A stretch of 63,184 nucleotides of DNA, filler included, from Octopus bimaculoides (lineage: Eukaryota), in the NCBI RefSeq assembly GCF_001194135.2. It is 5 parts of 5 records of this genome, joined end to end, with 100 filler letters (N's around TTAATTAATTAA, not from the genome) between each part and the next. Parts side by side here need not be neighbours in the genome. Positions count along the whole stretch, not along the records: positions 1 to 8,054 come from NC_068996.1; positions 8,155 to 15,081 come from NC_068990.1; 3 more parts are not named here. One strand, given 5' to 3'. The notes under the pieces are model-generated. The model was not told the DNA's origin, did no database searches, and worked only from the letters and a program-made list of their open reading frames with translations. Below, one piece after another: positions 1-11,332 of the stretch. Position 1 is the stretch's first letter. Every line of letters begins with the position of its first letter. The translations under genes were made by a program, and so were the position numbers.

Positions 1-53
<53 letters not shown>

Positions 54-149
54 ATGTATATATATATATAAAACAAATAATAAATGAGTATATGCATATA
101 TACGTACAAGTATGTGCATACCTACATCTACCTGTATATATAGGTGCAT

Positions 150-425
150 ATCTGGGTACAGGACGTTGCAAAGAAAACGTAGAAAAAGGATAAACAAGTA
201 CAGAGAAGACACAGGCCACATAGAGAACATTTCCTTCATCATCTTCCACCATTCTAACACAGGCGTTTCGAAGAGTTAGGGCAGGACGCATCATTAAAAT
301 GGCTCTTCCCACGGACCACAAATTAAATTTGTACCATTGAGGAATATAGTGGCGGACAGAAAACAAGACAGGAAAACAAACGGAAAAGGCTATAAGGTCA
401 GACGTGAAAAATTATGTATATATTG
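150..425. repeat. Non-autonomous repeat, possibly Penelope pLTR-derived
   Basis: Starts with GGGTACAGGACGT and has CTTCATCA about 85-115 nt downstream, like the element at 6511-6770. Family assignment is inference. Confidence 0.35.
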
Positions 426-480
426 AACGCTGATATATATGTATGTATGTAAGTATGTATATATACATATATAGATATTG

Positions 481-740
481 TAACAGCTTTGGTTTCTAGG
501 GGCCACAGCAGTTTAACATCCTGCCAAGGAACCTAAGAGATTTGCAAGGTGTAGATGTGGAAATGTTCAAAAAGTACCTGGACGAATTTCTGTCTGAAAT
601 CTTAGATGAACCTATATCATGGCAGTAGGCACAAAGAGGAACAGCTTTGTCCAGCTTAATTCTTCTCCAAAAACACTGAAAGACAGTGCTCCAGCAAGGC
701 TCCAGCCTCTGGCTAAAACCAGTAAAAGAATAAAAGAATA
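481..740 (+). mobile_element. CR1/L2-type LINE 3' end (ORF2 C-terminus + 3'UTR + TAAAAGAA tail)
   Basis: Translates NSFGF*GPQQFNILPRNLRDLQGVDVEMFKKYLDEFLSEILDEP, matching the GPxLFNxLP...FKxxLDxFL...PDEP terminus of CR1/L2-group ORF2. Ends in agtaaaagaataaaagaata. Confidence 0.75.
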
Positions 741-984
741 TACATGTATGTATGTATGTAAGCAATAATAAATCTCTGAGTGAGAATTAAACAGTAGCAG
801 CATGACATATATGTGTGTATGTATATATATCTATGTATGTATATATATGTGTGTGTGTGTGTGTGTGTTTATGTACATGCTAATTGAATTGCTGATTGTT
901 GTCAGACAATCACAATAGATTGCCTTTATTTCAACTTTATTTTATTCTATGTCCAACCATGTCTTCCCTGTTGGATTGGCCTCA

Positions 985-1360
985 TGACCAGGACAGATTT
1001 CTACATTGTCTGTTGCAAAATATAATGTCTTGATTTGCAAAATTTTTGGCTTTTCTATTTGGTGTACATATGTAAAGGCTTTTCTTCCTTTTCTTGAACG
1101 TAAAATTGACCACAGGTGAAGCAGGACTCTTGTATGCATAAACTGGCAACCAAACAAATTTGTTGATAGTCATGGCAAAAACCAAGACTCATTTGGAAAT
1201 TAATGTCTTTTGAATTGAAATGAGATATCATCTGGATGTGTGCAATGGAGGTTCTTGTACGCTTATCATCTAACTGTTGCATGCTTTGCTCAGAAAGGGA
1301 CATAGAGATTGCAGACCTTTTCTGTTGCTGTCACAGATTTTGAAATTAAGTGTAACTTTT
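985..1360 (-). mobile_element. Helitron RepHel / Pif1-like helicase C-terminal fragment (pseudogenised)
   Basis: Frameshifted minus-strand pieces HPDDISFQFKRH*F, VFAMTINK, LCIQESCFTCGQFYV and SLYICTPNRKAKNFANQDI occur in the order of the Helitron helicase motifs (PFQFKRxQFP, FAMTINKSQGQ, FxHGQLYV, terminal KTxNVVYxE). Confidence 0.75.
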
Positions 1361-2189
1361 CAATTTTGGTACATTGATGTAATTTTTTATGCTGAATCCA
1401 GTTTTGAGATTAATTTATTTGAGAAAGATATTAGTAAAACGTTACAGAGGTTTAAAGTTTGATCATTTTTATCCAATCAGAAAACAAGATTTGGAAGCTA
1501 GCATTTTCTGCATGATAGCTGTTTATCATAAAATGAAACTAGACATTACAGCAATGAAGTTTTAAACAAAATGAAAGCAATTGCATATCATATGAAGAAA
1601 GAAAATGGGGAGCAGCATGTGTGAGAGATGTACATATGAGTATGGTATATATATATATATATATATGGAGAGAGAGAGAGAAGGAAAACAAAAAAGCCAA
1701 AGAAAGACAGATACGACAGAGAGGACAAAGGAGATTTAGTGATCTAAAATGTGAATTATTTCTCATGTCAAGTTCTATTTTCTGATTATTATTTACCAAA
1801 AACCTTCTCTTTGAGATGCAGATTTTGAAAATCAAGTCCATTTTTATCAAGGACTGACTGTTTCAGAGCCTTTTGGGGCTATATACACATACATAAACAC
1901 ACACATAAACACACACATATTCATTTGTACAGGCTATATAATATATATATGAGCACACACACATGTATATGTAAGGTCATCACCATCATGATGTAACATC
2001 TGTTTTCCATGTTGAGATGAGTTGGATGGTTTGACAGGAGCTGGGGAGCTGCACCAGGCTTATTCAATACCCCCACACATACACACAAACATATATATAT
2101 ATATATGTAATGTATATTACACACACACACACATATTTATGTAATGTATATAATACACACACACACACACATATATATGTATGTTATAA

Positions 2190-2325
2190 GTAGTGAAGTA
2201 GTGTCGGATGACCTCAGAACACTCACTGAACCATTCAGATGAGATGACAAAGGACCAAGATACCTGGCACCTTGCTGTACTCAAGAAGACCCATCCTCCA
2301 CAGCAGAATTGTTAATGCTGGTACG
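2190..2325 (+). mobile_element. RTE-type LINE 3' terminal fragment
   Basis: Frameshifted VVSDDLRTL...EMTKDQDTWHLAVLKKTHP resembles the RTE C-terminal KTWxEVVxxDL...EMTxDRxxWR pattern. Confidence 0.5.
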
Positions 2326-2354
2326 CCTAGTGAAGAGGATTGACCTGCAAGAAT

Positions 2355-2572
2355 CATATGCTGGTGCCATGTAAAAGGCATTCATGCCAGTGCCACATAA
2401 AAGCACCTAGTACACTCTGTAAAGTCATTAGTGTTAGGAAGGGCATCCATCTGTAGAAACTATGCCACAACAGACACGGAAGCCTGGTGCAGGCTCTCAG
2501 CTTGCCAGCTCTGGTCAAACCATTCAAATTTTGCCAGCATGGACAATAGATGCTAAATGGTGATGATAATGA

Positions 2573-2575
<3 letters not shown>
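2355..2575 (+). mobile_element. SINE-like family C copy, (GAT)n tail
   Basis: Block GGAAGGGCATCCATCTGTAGAAAC...GATGCTAAATGGTGATGATAATGATGAT is shared with copies at about 2960-3190, 7780-8054, 11590-11800, 20080-20310, 24230-24480, 24600-24800, 29390-29480 and 43930-44040. Confidence 0.75.
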
Positions 2576-2613
<38 letters not shown>

Positions 2614-3334
2614 CACATACATTCATATTATATATATTATGTGTATTAAATATATCTATATTACATGTGATATATATATTATATAATATTTATTTTATAT
2701 ATGTTACACGCATATATATATATATATACACATACATACATATATATATATATTTATAATTAAGTTTAAATATACCTTTATATATTCTTTGTATATTTAA
2801 TATCATTTATTTCTTATATTTATATGTACATATATATGTATGTATGTATGTATATATATATATATATATATATAGATAGATAGATAGATAGATAGACAGA
2901 AAGACAGACAGGCAGGCAGGCAGACAGACAGACAGAAAAGTAGTTGGATAGATAGACAGAAAGATAAAAACCCTTGCTATCCACTCTTCTATGCTTGTGT
3001 GGGTCAGATGAAATTCATTAAGGCAGATTTTTTATTACTCGATGCTGTTCCTATCATCAACTGCCATTGTTTCCAAGGAATGTTGTTATATTTTGTTATT
3101 GCAAAATGTGATGCTCAAGGAAAACTTGAAATGAACAACATCTCTTTTATGGCAGTCAACATCATTGAGAACCATCATGTGATGTCTAGAGAGTGGTATA
3201 CTCAAACACACAGACACACATGTGCAGACATAGCCATATATGCATACATATATTCATGTATATATATATATATATGTATGTATGTATGTATAAATAAATA
3301 GATATATATATACATATATATATACACATATATG

Positions 3335-3408
<74 letters not shown>

Positions 3409-3437
3409 CATACATATACGCATATATATCTGTATAA

Positions 3438-3480
<43 letters not shown>

Positions 3481-3559
3481 GCCGACTTCAAAATCGAACA
3501 CTTCTCCAACTCATGCTACTACTGTTACTGAATATCTCTCATTGTGAGATTTTAAAATA

Positions 3560-5260
3560 GTAATTTTCTAATTAAAATCAAGTTTATTCTACGGTATCCC
3601 CAAAATCCACAAAAGCAGAAAAATAAGCGAGGCATGCAAAGAAGCTACAGACATAATCATCAAGGTCCCCTCACCTGATGACCTGAAACTAAGATCAATA
3701 ATAGCAGGTCCAGCATGCAAAACCCACTGCCTCAGCAACTTTCTGGACATTCTACTGAAACCCTTCCCCAAGCACATCAACAGCTATATAAGGGATGACC
3801 TTGACATGCTAAACCACCTCCCAAAAACGGTCAATGAGAAAACACTGCTAGTATCCTTCGACGTAGTCAACCTATATTCAAACATTCCCCACACCTAGGA
3901 ATAGAGGCCATCACATTCTGGTTAGACGATTACACCTATGAACTCCCCTCTCGCATTAAAAAAGAACTCATAATAGAAGGACTAAGATTTATCCTAGAAA
4001 ACAATTATTTTCTATTTAATAATGACTACTTCTGACAAAAATCGGGGACAGCAATGGGAACACGGACTGCACCTTCTTTTACAAACCTAGTAATGGGCTA
4101 TCTCAAAATTAAACTATACCACAGAACCTCCGAGAAATATGGAAACTTCTTTTCAACCTACATTCAAAACAACTAGAAAAGATATCTCAATGGCTGCTTC
4201 ATCCACTGGAATGAAAGTATTGAAAAACTTAACGAATTCCAAACACTTTTAAATGGGATAAATGAAAATTTCCAATTTACGATAGAGTACAACCAGGAAC
4301 AACTACCACTTTTAGATATCCATATTAAGAAAGTCGGGAATAAAATAGAGACAGATATCTATTACAAACCCACAGACTCAAAACAGTACCTGCCATTTGA
4401 TTCTTGCCACCCGAGACACACCAGGGTGAATATCTCATTTTGTTTAGCCAAAAGAATATGCACAATAGTATCAAACACAAATGCCCGTTACACACGGCTC
4501 CAGGAATTAAAAACACTCATCAATAGGAATAACCCACAACCCTTAATCTACAATACGATCCAACGAGTCCTTAAATTAAATACACAAAAACTTAGACAAC
4601 CAAGACCAAAGAAGGAAGAAAAATTGAAAACCCTACTTTACATCTCCACACACTACCCACATAACCAGGAGACCTTCAACACTATACCCCACAGCACAGC
4701 TCTACTCAAGAGAGACCCAAAGATGAATCAAATCCTCCAAACACACACAATCATCAAAAGTAAGAGACAACTAAAATCAATGAAAAAGATTTTAACCCAG
4801 GCCAAATTACACTTGAAAATAACCACAAAGCAGACAGTAAAAAAGTGCAGGAGGTCCAACTGTGGGATCTGTATCAACATAATAGAAGGATCAGAATACC
4901 GATTAGAACAAGGCCAAGATTTTACCATAAAAACTAACTTTATATGTGCATCGGAGAACTTGATTTACTTAATTACATTCTCGGGATGCAAACAGCAATA
5001 TATTGGACACACAAAAAACAACCTACGTCAGAGGATGGTGGTGCATAAATCCCAAATTAGAATTCCGGAATGCAGGAAAATACCTGTCAGCCAACACATA
5101 GACAGATGTGCATCCAATAAATTTCCCAAATTCACAACTTTTCCATTGTACAAATTCAAAGACAGTACTAGGCCAAAATGAAGGCATTAGCAAGGAAATG
5201 CATTTCATAAGAAAGTATCGACCAAGTTTAAATTCTTTAAACTCGGAACACTGAAACTAA
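3560..5260 (+). mobile_element. Penelope-like retroelement, RT + GIY-YIG endonuclease, 5'-truncated and inactivated
   Basis: FYGIPKIHK, LVSFDVVNLYSNIPH, GTAMGTRTAPSF, LDIHIK, TDIYYKPTDSKQYLPFDSCHPRHTR (PLE RT); CRRSNCGIC linker; NLIYLITFSGCKQQYIGHT...LRQRM..H (GIY-YIG). Frameshift near 3895, in-frame stops, catalytic YxDD reads YLNG (4183-4194). Confidence 0.93.
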
Positions 5261-5379
5261 ATGTATATTATTCATAAGAAATAAAGATAAGAGATTAAAT
5301 AAATCGATTTCTATGAAGACCTCAGGGGAGATAACTTTATGATGCCTATTATTGCTACTACTGCTTGTTTGACTACTAC

Positions 5380-5768
5380 TCTTACTCTTTTACTTGTTTC
5401 AGTCATTTGACTGTGGCCATGCTGGAGCACCGCCTTTAGTCGAGCAAATTGACCCCAGGACTTATTCTTTGGAAACCTAGTACTTATTCTATTGGTCTCT
5501 TTTGCCGAACCGCTAAGTTACGGGGACATAAACACACCACCATTGGTTGTCAAGTGATGATCGGGGGGACAAACACAGACACACAAACATATACACACAC
5601 ACACGACGGGCTTCTTTCAGTTTCTGTCTACCAAATCCACTCACAAGGCTTTGGTCGGCCCGAGGCTATAGTAGAAGACACTTGCCCAAGGTGCCATGCA
5701 GTGGGAATGAACCCGGAACCATGTGGTTGGTAAGCAAGCTACTTACCACACAGTCACTCCTGCACCTA
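5380..5768 (-). mobile_element. tRNA-derived SINE family B, full length
   Basis: Minus strand has an A-box-like TGTGTGGTAAG, B-box GGTTCATTCCC, internal (GT)n, central GGTGTGTTTATGTCCCCGTAACTTAGCGGTTCGGC block and tail GTGCTCCAGCATGGCC...GTAAAAGAG. Near-identical to 42115-42570. Confidence 0.85.
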
Positions 5769-6294
5769 CGACCACTCCTTTTGAAAACAATTTTGACCAC
5801 ATGACTTAATTTGCCATCACAGACAACAGCTGAAATTGCTACTACCAATGCCATAAAAATTAATGGAAATTACCACATGCACTTACATGAAATAGAAAAG
5901 AACACTATGAACGTTTATTTTATTAATAATCTTTTTTCTCCACATATTTCATTTAAGTACATATTTTTGATAAGGTTTATAAACAACTGAAACATGTAAA
6001 ACAAAAACACTTCTTAAATGTATTTATATAAAGAAATTTAAATCTAATTTTTTAAAAAGTAGCATTTTCATTCTTCTTTTTCATAGATATCTACTTACTC
6101 CTGTGTTACCTCTACATTTTTAAATATATATATATATACATATATATACATATATATATGTAAGTATAAATAAATATATGTGTATATANNNNNNNNNNAT
6201 ATATATACACACACACATACACACACATATATATAGATAGATATGCATATATATATAATATATATAATATGATATTCAATTTATCACCCTCTAC

Positions 6295-6327
<33 letters not shown>

Positions 6328-6452
6328 GATAGATAGACAGATACATAGATATACATTCACACACACACACATATATATATATATGCACACAGATAGATAG
6401 ATAGATAGATAAACTTACATGGAAATAGATGTGTGGCATTCAATCAAATAAT

Positions 6453-6500
<48 letters not shown>

Positions 6501-6510
6501 NNNNNNNNNN

Positions 6511-6770
6511 CATATATGGGTACAGGACGTCACCAACAGTAACAACATGAAATACGAAAACAAATGAGTTCAATACACAAACAACAAGAGAAACAAATGG
6601 AAAACAGGACAAGTAACATAAAGAATGACACTTCATCAGTTGTCGGCTGTCTATCTATTCATCAAGGCCTAGTACTACCATCTCTAGCCAACAGTCATCC
6701 TGTACTGATGAAGGATAATAACCCAGAAACCATTGGTCCGCAGGTACCATTTAAGGCTGAGTGGGTTCCT
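6511..6770. mobile_element. Non-autonomous Penelope-type repeat carrying a hammerhead motif
   Basis: Shares the GGGTACAGGACGT start with 150-425 and contains the hammerhead-like motif at 6699-6744. Confidence 0.45.
6699..6744 (+). ncRNA. Type I hammerhead ribozyme-like motif (minimal, PLE type)
   Basis: CCTGTA-CTGATGA-AGGATAATAACCCA-GAAA-CCATTGG-TC-CGCAGG: core CUGAUGA/GAAA, GUC triplet, stem I CCUGU/GCAGG, short stem III CC/GG, weak stem II. Confidence 0.6.
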
Positions 6771-6945
6771 TGAAGATGCAGCTGTGCATTGATAGCCAGC
6801 TGGAAAAGATGTTTGCATGGGGCTAAAAAGGTACTAACACCATCCTAATCAGGACTTCCACTTCACGTTGGCAAATATACTTTACTCTGTAGTATTGTTA
6901 CTACTTCTTTCTCCTTCAGAGATTTAAAACTAATTGTTTTTCTCC

Positions 6946-7007
<62 letters not shown>

Positions 7008-7124
7008 GTTGTACTGAATAAACTGTCATCTAAATTATGCAAAAAGAAAATAACACTGACATCTCATTTTATCACATATTTACTAAAATTACAAAAAAAT
7101 ATCTTGAAATACTGAAGAGTAAAT

Positions 7125-7730
7125 TTGTTCAATAAAATTGCCATTAGCTTCAACCACAGCCTCCAGATGACTTCGGAATTTCCTGCAACTCATCCAGACA
7201 GTCTCCTTGTTTAAGTTGGTGAATACTTTCATAATCCTTGCCATCAGTTCATCTTTGGTGTTACAAGGAGTTTTGTTGGTCTCTCTAACTGAGGAATTAG
7301 GTGGCCAGATGTTAGGGGTGATGCAGTTGCAGAAATTGTCTGATGGCCATGACTGGGTTCTCCTGGTTGTGTGGCATGGTGCAGAGTCCTGTTGCTAGAC
7401 ATAGGGTCTTCCAGCAGCTACCCTCCTGACCGATGGCAATGCTACCTCTTACAGGCACTTGTGTTGAGTGTGAGGCCATGTGGAACGATGAGTGGAAGTA
7501 TAATGTCGCCATCACTAATGCTCACACCAAACATTTTGATGTTGACTGGATGTTTGGTTTTTATTACTGTGAGTTCATGTCCTCAGATTGACATTCAAAC
7601 ACTCTGAAATGTTTGTGCTGAAGCTTCCGGCATGAATGCCAAGCAGTACAGCATGTTGTCTCGAAATTTCTGGCTGAGTGAATTGTGTCATGGTGCTGTT
7701 TTTCTCACAGAAGGTGCCCAACTGACCTTG
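7125..7730 (-). mobile_element. Tc1/mariner-superfamily transposase remnant
   Basis: Minus strand: KTKHPVNIKMFGV, PYV*QQDSAPCHTTRRTQSW, ITPNIWPPNSS (deletion of the SPDxNPxD segment), RETNKTPCNTKDELMARI...FRSHLEAVVEANGNFIE. Confidence 0.88.
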
Positions 7731-7779
7731 CTATACTGTATAGGTGACAAAATCAAAAGCAAACAATGCACATGCATCA

Positions 7780-8054
7780 TCATTATCATCATCATCATCA
7801 TCGTTTAACGTCCACTTTCCATGCTAGCATGGGTTCGACGATTTGACTGAGGACTGGTGAACCAGATGGCTACACCAGGCTCCAATCTGATTTGGCAGAG
7901 TTTCTACAGCTGGATGCCCTTCCTAATGCCAACCACTCCGAGAGTGTAGTGGTGCTTTTACGTGCCACCGGCACGAAGGCCAGTCAGGAGGTACTGGCAA
8001 CGAACTCACTCGAATGTCTTTTCATGTGCCACTGGTACAAGTGCCAGGAGGGCG
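7780..8054 (-). mobile_element. SINE-like family C copy
   Basis: (ATC)n followed by GTTTAACGTCCACTTTCCATGCTAGCATGGG...CTGGATGCCCTTCCTAATGCCAACC; reverse complement of the family at 2355-2575. Confidence 0.75.
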
Positions 8055-8154
8055 NNNNNNNNNNNNNNNNNNNNNNNNNNNNNNNNNNNNNNNNNNNNTT
8101 AATTAATTAANNNNNNNNNNNNNNNNNNNNNNNNNNNNNNNNNNNNNNNNNNNN
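8055..8154. other. Artificial 100-bp scaffold linker (44 N + TTAATTAATTAA + 44 N)
   Basis: The same structure recurs at 15082-15181, 20675-20774 and 52052-52151. The 12-mer gives TAA stops in all six frames. Confidence 0.9.
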
Positions 8155-8216
<62 letters not shown>

Positions 8217-8217
8217 T

Positions 8218-8372
8218 CGACGGGCTTTCAGTTTCCGTCTACCAAATCCACTCACAATGCTTTGGTCGGCTCGAGGCTATAGTAGAAGACACTTGACCAA
8301 GCTATCACACAGTGGAACTGAACCCGGAACTATGTGGTTGATAAGCAAGCTACTTATCACACAGCCACTCCA
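8218..8372 (-). mobile_element. SINE family B 5' (tRNA-like head) portion
   Basis: GACGGGCTTTCAGTTTCCGTCTACCAAATCCACTCAC...GAACCCGGAACTATGTGGTTG...CACACAGCCACTCC matches 5605-5760. Confidence 0.8.
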
Positions 8373-8383
8373 GGGTCTATATA

Positions 8384-8608
8384 CTTTACTATTAAAGCTG
8401 CAAAAAATCACAAGATATCACATAACTGCTACTCGTTTCACGTTTCCGTTCGTCAGGCAGAAGTGATTGAGAATGGAAGCATTGAGGCTATTCCCCAATC
8501 ACCACATTTCTTCCATTCTCAATCTCAACTGTCCGATGAACGGAAACGTGAAGCTCTGAGTGGCAGTTATGTGATATTTTGTGATGTTTTGCAGCTTTAA
8601 TAGTAAAG
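8384..8608. mobile_element. Palindromic (foldback) MITE, about 225 bp
   Basis: Left CTTTACTATTAAAGCTGCAAAAATCACAAGATATCACATAACTGC is nearly the reverse complement of right GCAGTTATGTGATATTTTGTGATGTTTTGCAGCTTTAATAGTAAAG. Inner arms (TTCACGTTTCCGTTCGTC/GATGAACGGAAACGTGAA; GATTGAGAATGGAAG/CTTCCATTCTCAATC) also pair; about 30-nt loop. Confidence 0.75.
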
Positions 8609-8880
8609 CAAACTTCTCTACCTACGGTATTCGAGTACTATTTTTCCCCATCTTGTTTTACATTTATGTGCTTACTCTGAGATATATATATACATATATG
8701 AGGTAGATTTTAAGGTCCCTTCCATGGTCCGTATTATCGAGTATGTCACGAGGTTTCCAGACATGAGCACTACTACTCACATGTCAAGTTTCATCAAAAT
8801 CAATAAAACAATGTAGGAGGAGTTAGCTAACAACGTCACAAACAAACGCACACCGATTTTCTACATATGTAGTCGATATA

Positions 8881-9108
8881 TTGGGTTGTCCGGAAAGTTC
8901 GTGCCGATTTATAGTAGCTTACCTTTCGACTTATTTGCCATGAAACCACCTCAATTCAGGGAAGAGGGTATTTTCAAGTTAAAGGAAAGATGGAGACGCA
9001 TTGTGCAACAAAATGGTTCATATTTGGTTGATTAAAAATGGAATGGCAAGTATTTATTGACCTTTTTCTTTCTTTTAAAAACCGGCGCGAACTTTCCGGA
9101 CAACCCAA
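8881..9108 (+). mobile_element. Internally deleted mariner (MITE) with TIRs and TA TSD
   Basis: TA|TTGGGTTGTCCGGAAAGTTCGTGCCG ... CGGCGCGAACTTTCCGGACAACCCAA|TA. Interior keeps the mariner C-terminus FREEGIFKLKERWRRIVQQNGSYLVD*. Confidence 0.9.
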
Positions 9109-10261
9109 TATATATGTATATGTATATATANNNNNNNNNNNNNNNNNNNNNNNNNNNNNNNNNNNNNNNNNNNNNNNNNNNNNNNNNNNNNNNNNNNNNN
9201 NNNNNNNNNNNNNNNNNNNNNNNNNNNNNNNNNNNNNNNNNNNNNNNNNNNNNNNNNNNNNNNNNNNNNNNNNNNNNNNNNNNNNNNNNNNNNNNNNNNN
9301 NNNNNNNNNNNNNNNNNNNNNNNNNNNNNNNNNNNNNNNNNNNNNNNNNNNNNNNNNNNNNNNNNNNNNNNNNNNNNNNNNNNNNNNNNNNNNNNNNNNN
9401 NNNNNNNNNNNNNNNNNNNNNNNNNNNNNNNNNNNNNNNNNNNNNNNNNNNNNNNNNNNNNNNNNNNNNNNNNNNNNNNNNNNNNNNNNNNNNNNNNNNN
9501 NNNNNNNNNNNNNNNNNNNNNNNNNNNNNNNNNNNNNNNNNNNNNNNNNNNNNNNNNNNNNNNNNNNNNNNNNNNNNNNNNNNNNNNNNNNNNNNNNNNN
9601 NNNNNNNNNNNNNNNNNNNNNNNNNNNNNNNNNNNNNNNNNNNNNNNNNNNNNNNNNNNNNNNNNNNNNNNNNNNNNNNNNNNNNNNNNNNNNNNNNNNN
9701 NNNNNNNNNNNNNNNNNNNNNNNNNNNNNNNNNNNNNNNNNNNNNNNNNNNNNNNNNNNNNNNNNNNNNNNNNNNNNNNNNNNNNNNNNNNNNNNNNNNN
9801 NNNNNNNNNNNNNNNNNNNNNNNNNNNNNNNNNNNNNNNNNNNNNNNNNNNNNNNNNNNNNNNNNNNNNNNNNNNNNNNNNNNNATATATATATATATAT
9901 ATATATACATACACATATATATGTTAAACCATTTACCATATTATCATGTCGGCGATATAGCTTAGGGCAAGCTTTGTTCGTTAAGCAGCATTGAAAAGTC
10001 ACAACATTGACGAAACATCGATACCCGTCGCTTCGAGAAGGGACCTGATGTGAGTTGCCCCGCTTGCCTATGACTTACTTTCAGGTGTTTTCAACACCAG
10101 GCACATTGAGAATATATTCTCTTATGTCTAAAACGCAGATGACCCACGAACTAACAATACGCACACCTTGTGTATGTGCTCGATTTCATTCATCTATCTA
10201 TCTATCTATCTATCTATATATATATATATATGTATATGTGTGTGTGTATATGTGTATGTGT

Positions 10262-10480
10262 TATTTCTTTTACTACCCACAAGGGTCTACACACAGAGGG
10301 GACAAACAAGGACAGACAAACGGATTAAGTCGATTATATCGACCCCAGTGCGTAACTGGTACTTATTTAATCGACCCCGAAAGGATGAAAGGCAAAGTCG
10401 ACCTCGGCGGAATTTGAACTCAGAACGTAGCGGCAGACGAAATACCGCTAAGCATTTCGCCCGGCGTGCTAACGTTTCTC
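10262..10480 (-). mobile_element. SINE family A (subtype A1)
   Basis: Reverse complement of GAAACGTTAGCACGCCGGGCGAAATGCTTAGCGGTATTTCGTCTGCCGCTACGTTCTGAGTTCAAATTCCGCCGAGGTCGACTTTGCCTTTCATCCTTTCGGGGTCGA...; near-identical to 52215-52445 and 58967-59198. Confidence 0.88.
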
Positions 10481-10491
10481 TGTATGTGTAC

Positions 10492-10524
<33 letters not shown>

Positions 10525-10967
10525 CATACATATATATATATATAAATATATACATATATATACATGTATGTATGTATGTATAACATACAAATATATATCT
10601 TACAACCTAATAAATATGTGAGTATATATTTATGTAAGCGAGAGACAGCGAGAGACAGCGAGAGAGAGAGAGGAAGTAAGAGAGAAAGAAACAGACAGAG
10701 AGAAAGAGAGAGATAGAGGGTGGAGAGATAAAATGGCATTCACCACACATAAACTTATTTCCTTCCACGTTGCCCAAATCTGTAAGATTTATAGACGTAC
10801 TTTCCATCCAAATATATATGCAAATATATGCAGTTGCGTAAATATATCTGTATAATGAGTGTAAACACGTACACATGTATTTATATACAGCACTGTACGC
10901 ATACAAGCAAATATCCACCTAGGAATATACATATGCGAATGAGTATATATATATATATATATATATG

Positions 10968-11017
<50 letters not shown>

Positions 11018-11237
11018 TATATATATATGCACGCTATGTATATATATATATATGTGTGTATGTGTGTGTGTGTTTGTGTGTGTATGTCTGTGTATGCGTG
11101 TATGTGCATACATAGACGTCAGCGAGACATTGACGTATGTTGAAAAGCGTTAATAAACGTTGTAGGCGATAAAGAAGTACATAGAGCGATGAAAAGATAA
11201 AGACAGCTATGTTGGTATGTATACATGTATGTATTTG

Positions 11238-11332
<95 letters not shown>

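Noticed and set aside
231-290. Minus-strand GAAAC...TGATGAAG as a permuted hammerhead
   Set aside because: C3 is missing and no convincing stems I-III can be drawn.
1230-1303. DDKRTRTSI resembling a homeodomain N-terminal arm
   Set aside because: No helix 3 WFxNxR follows, and the segment lies within the Helitron helicase relic.
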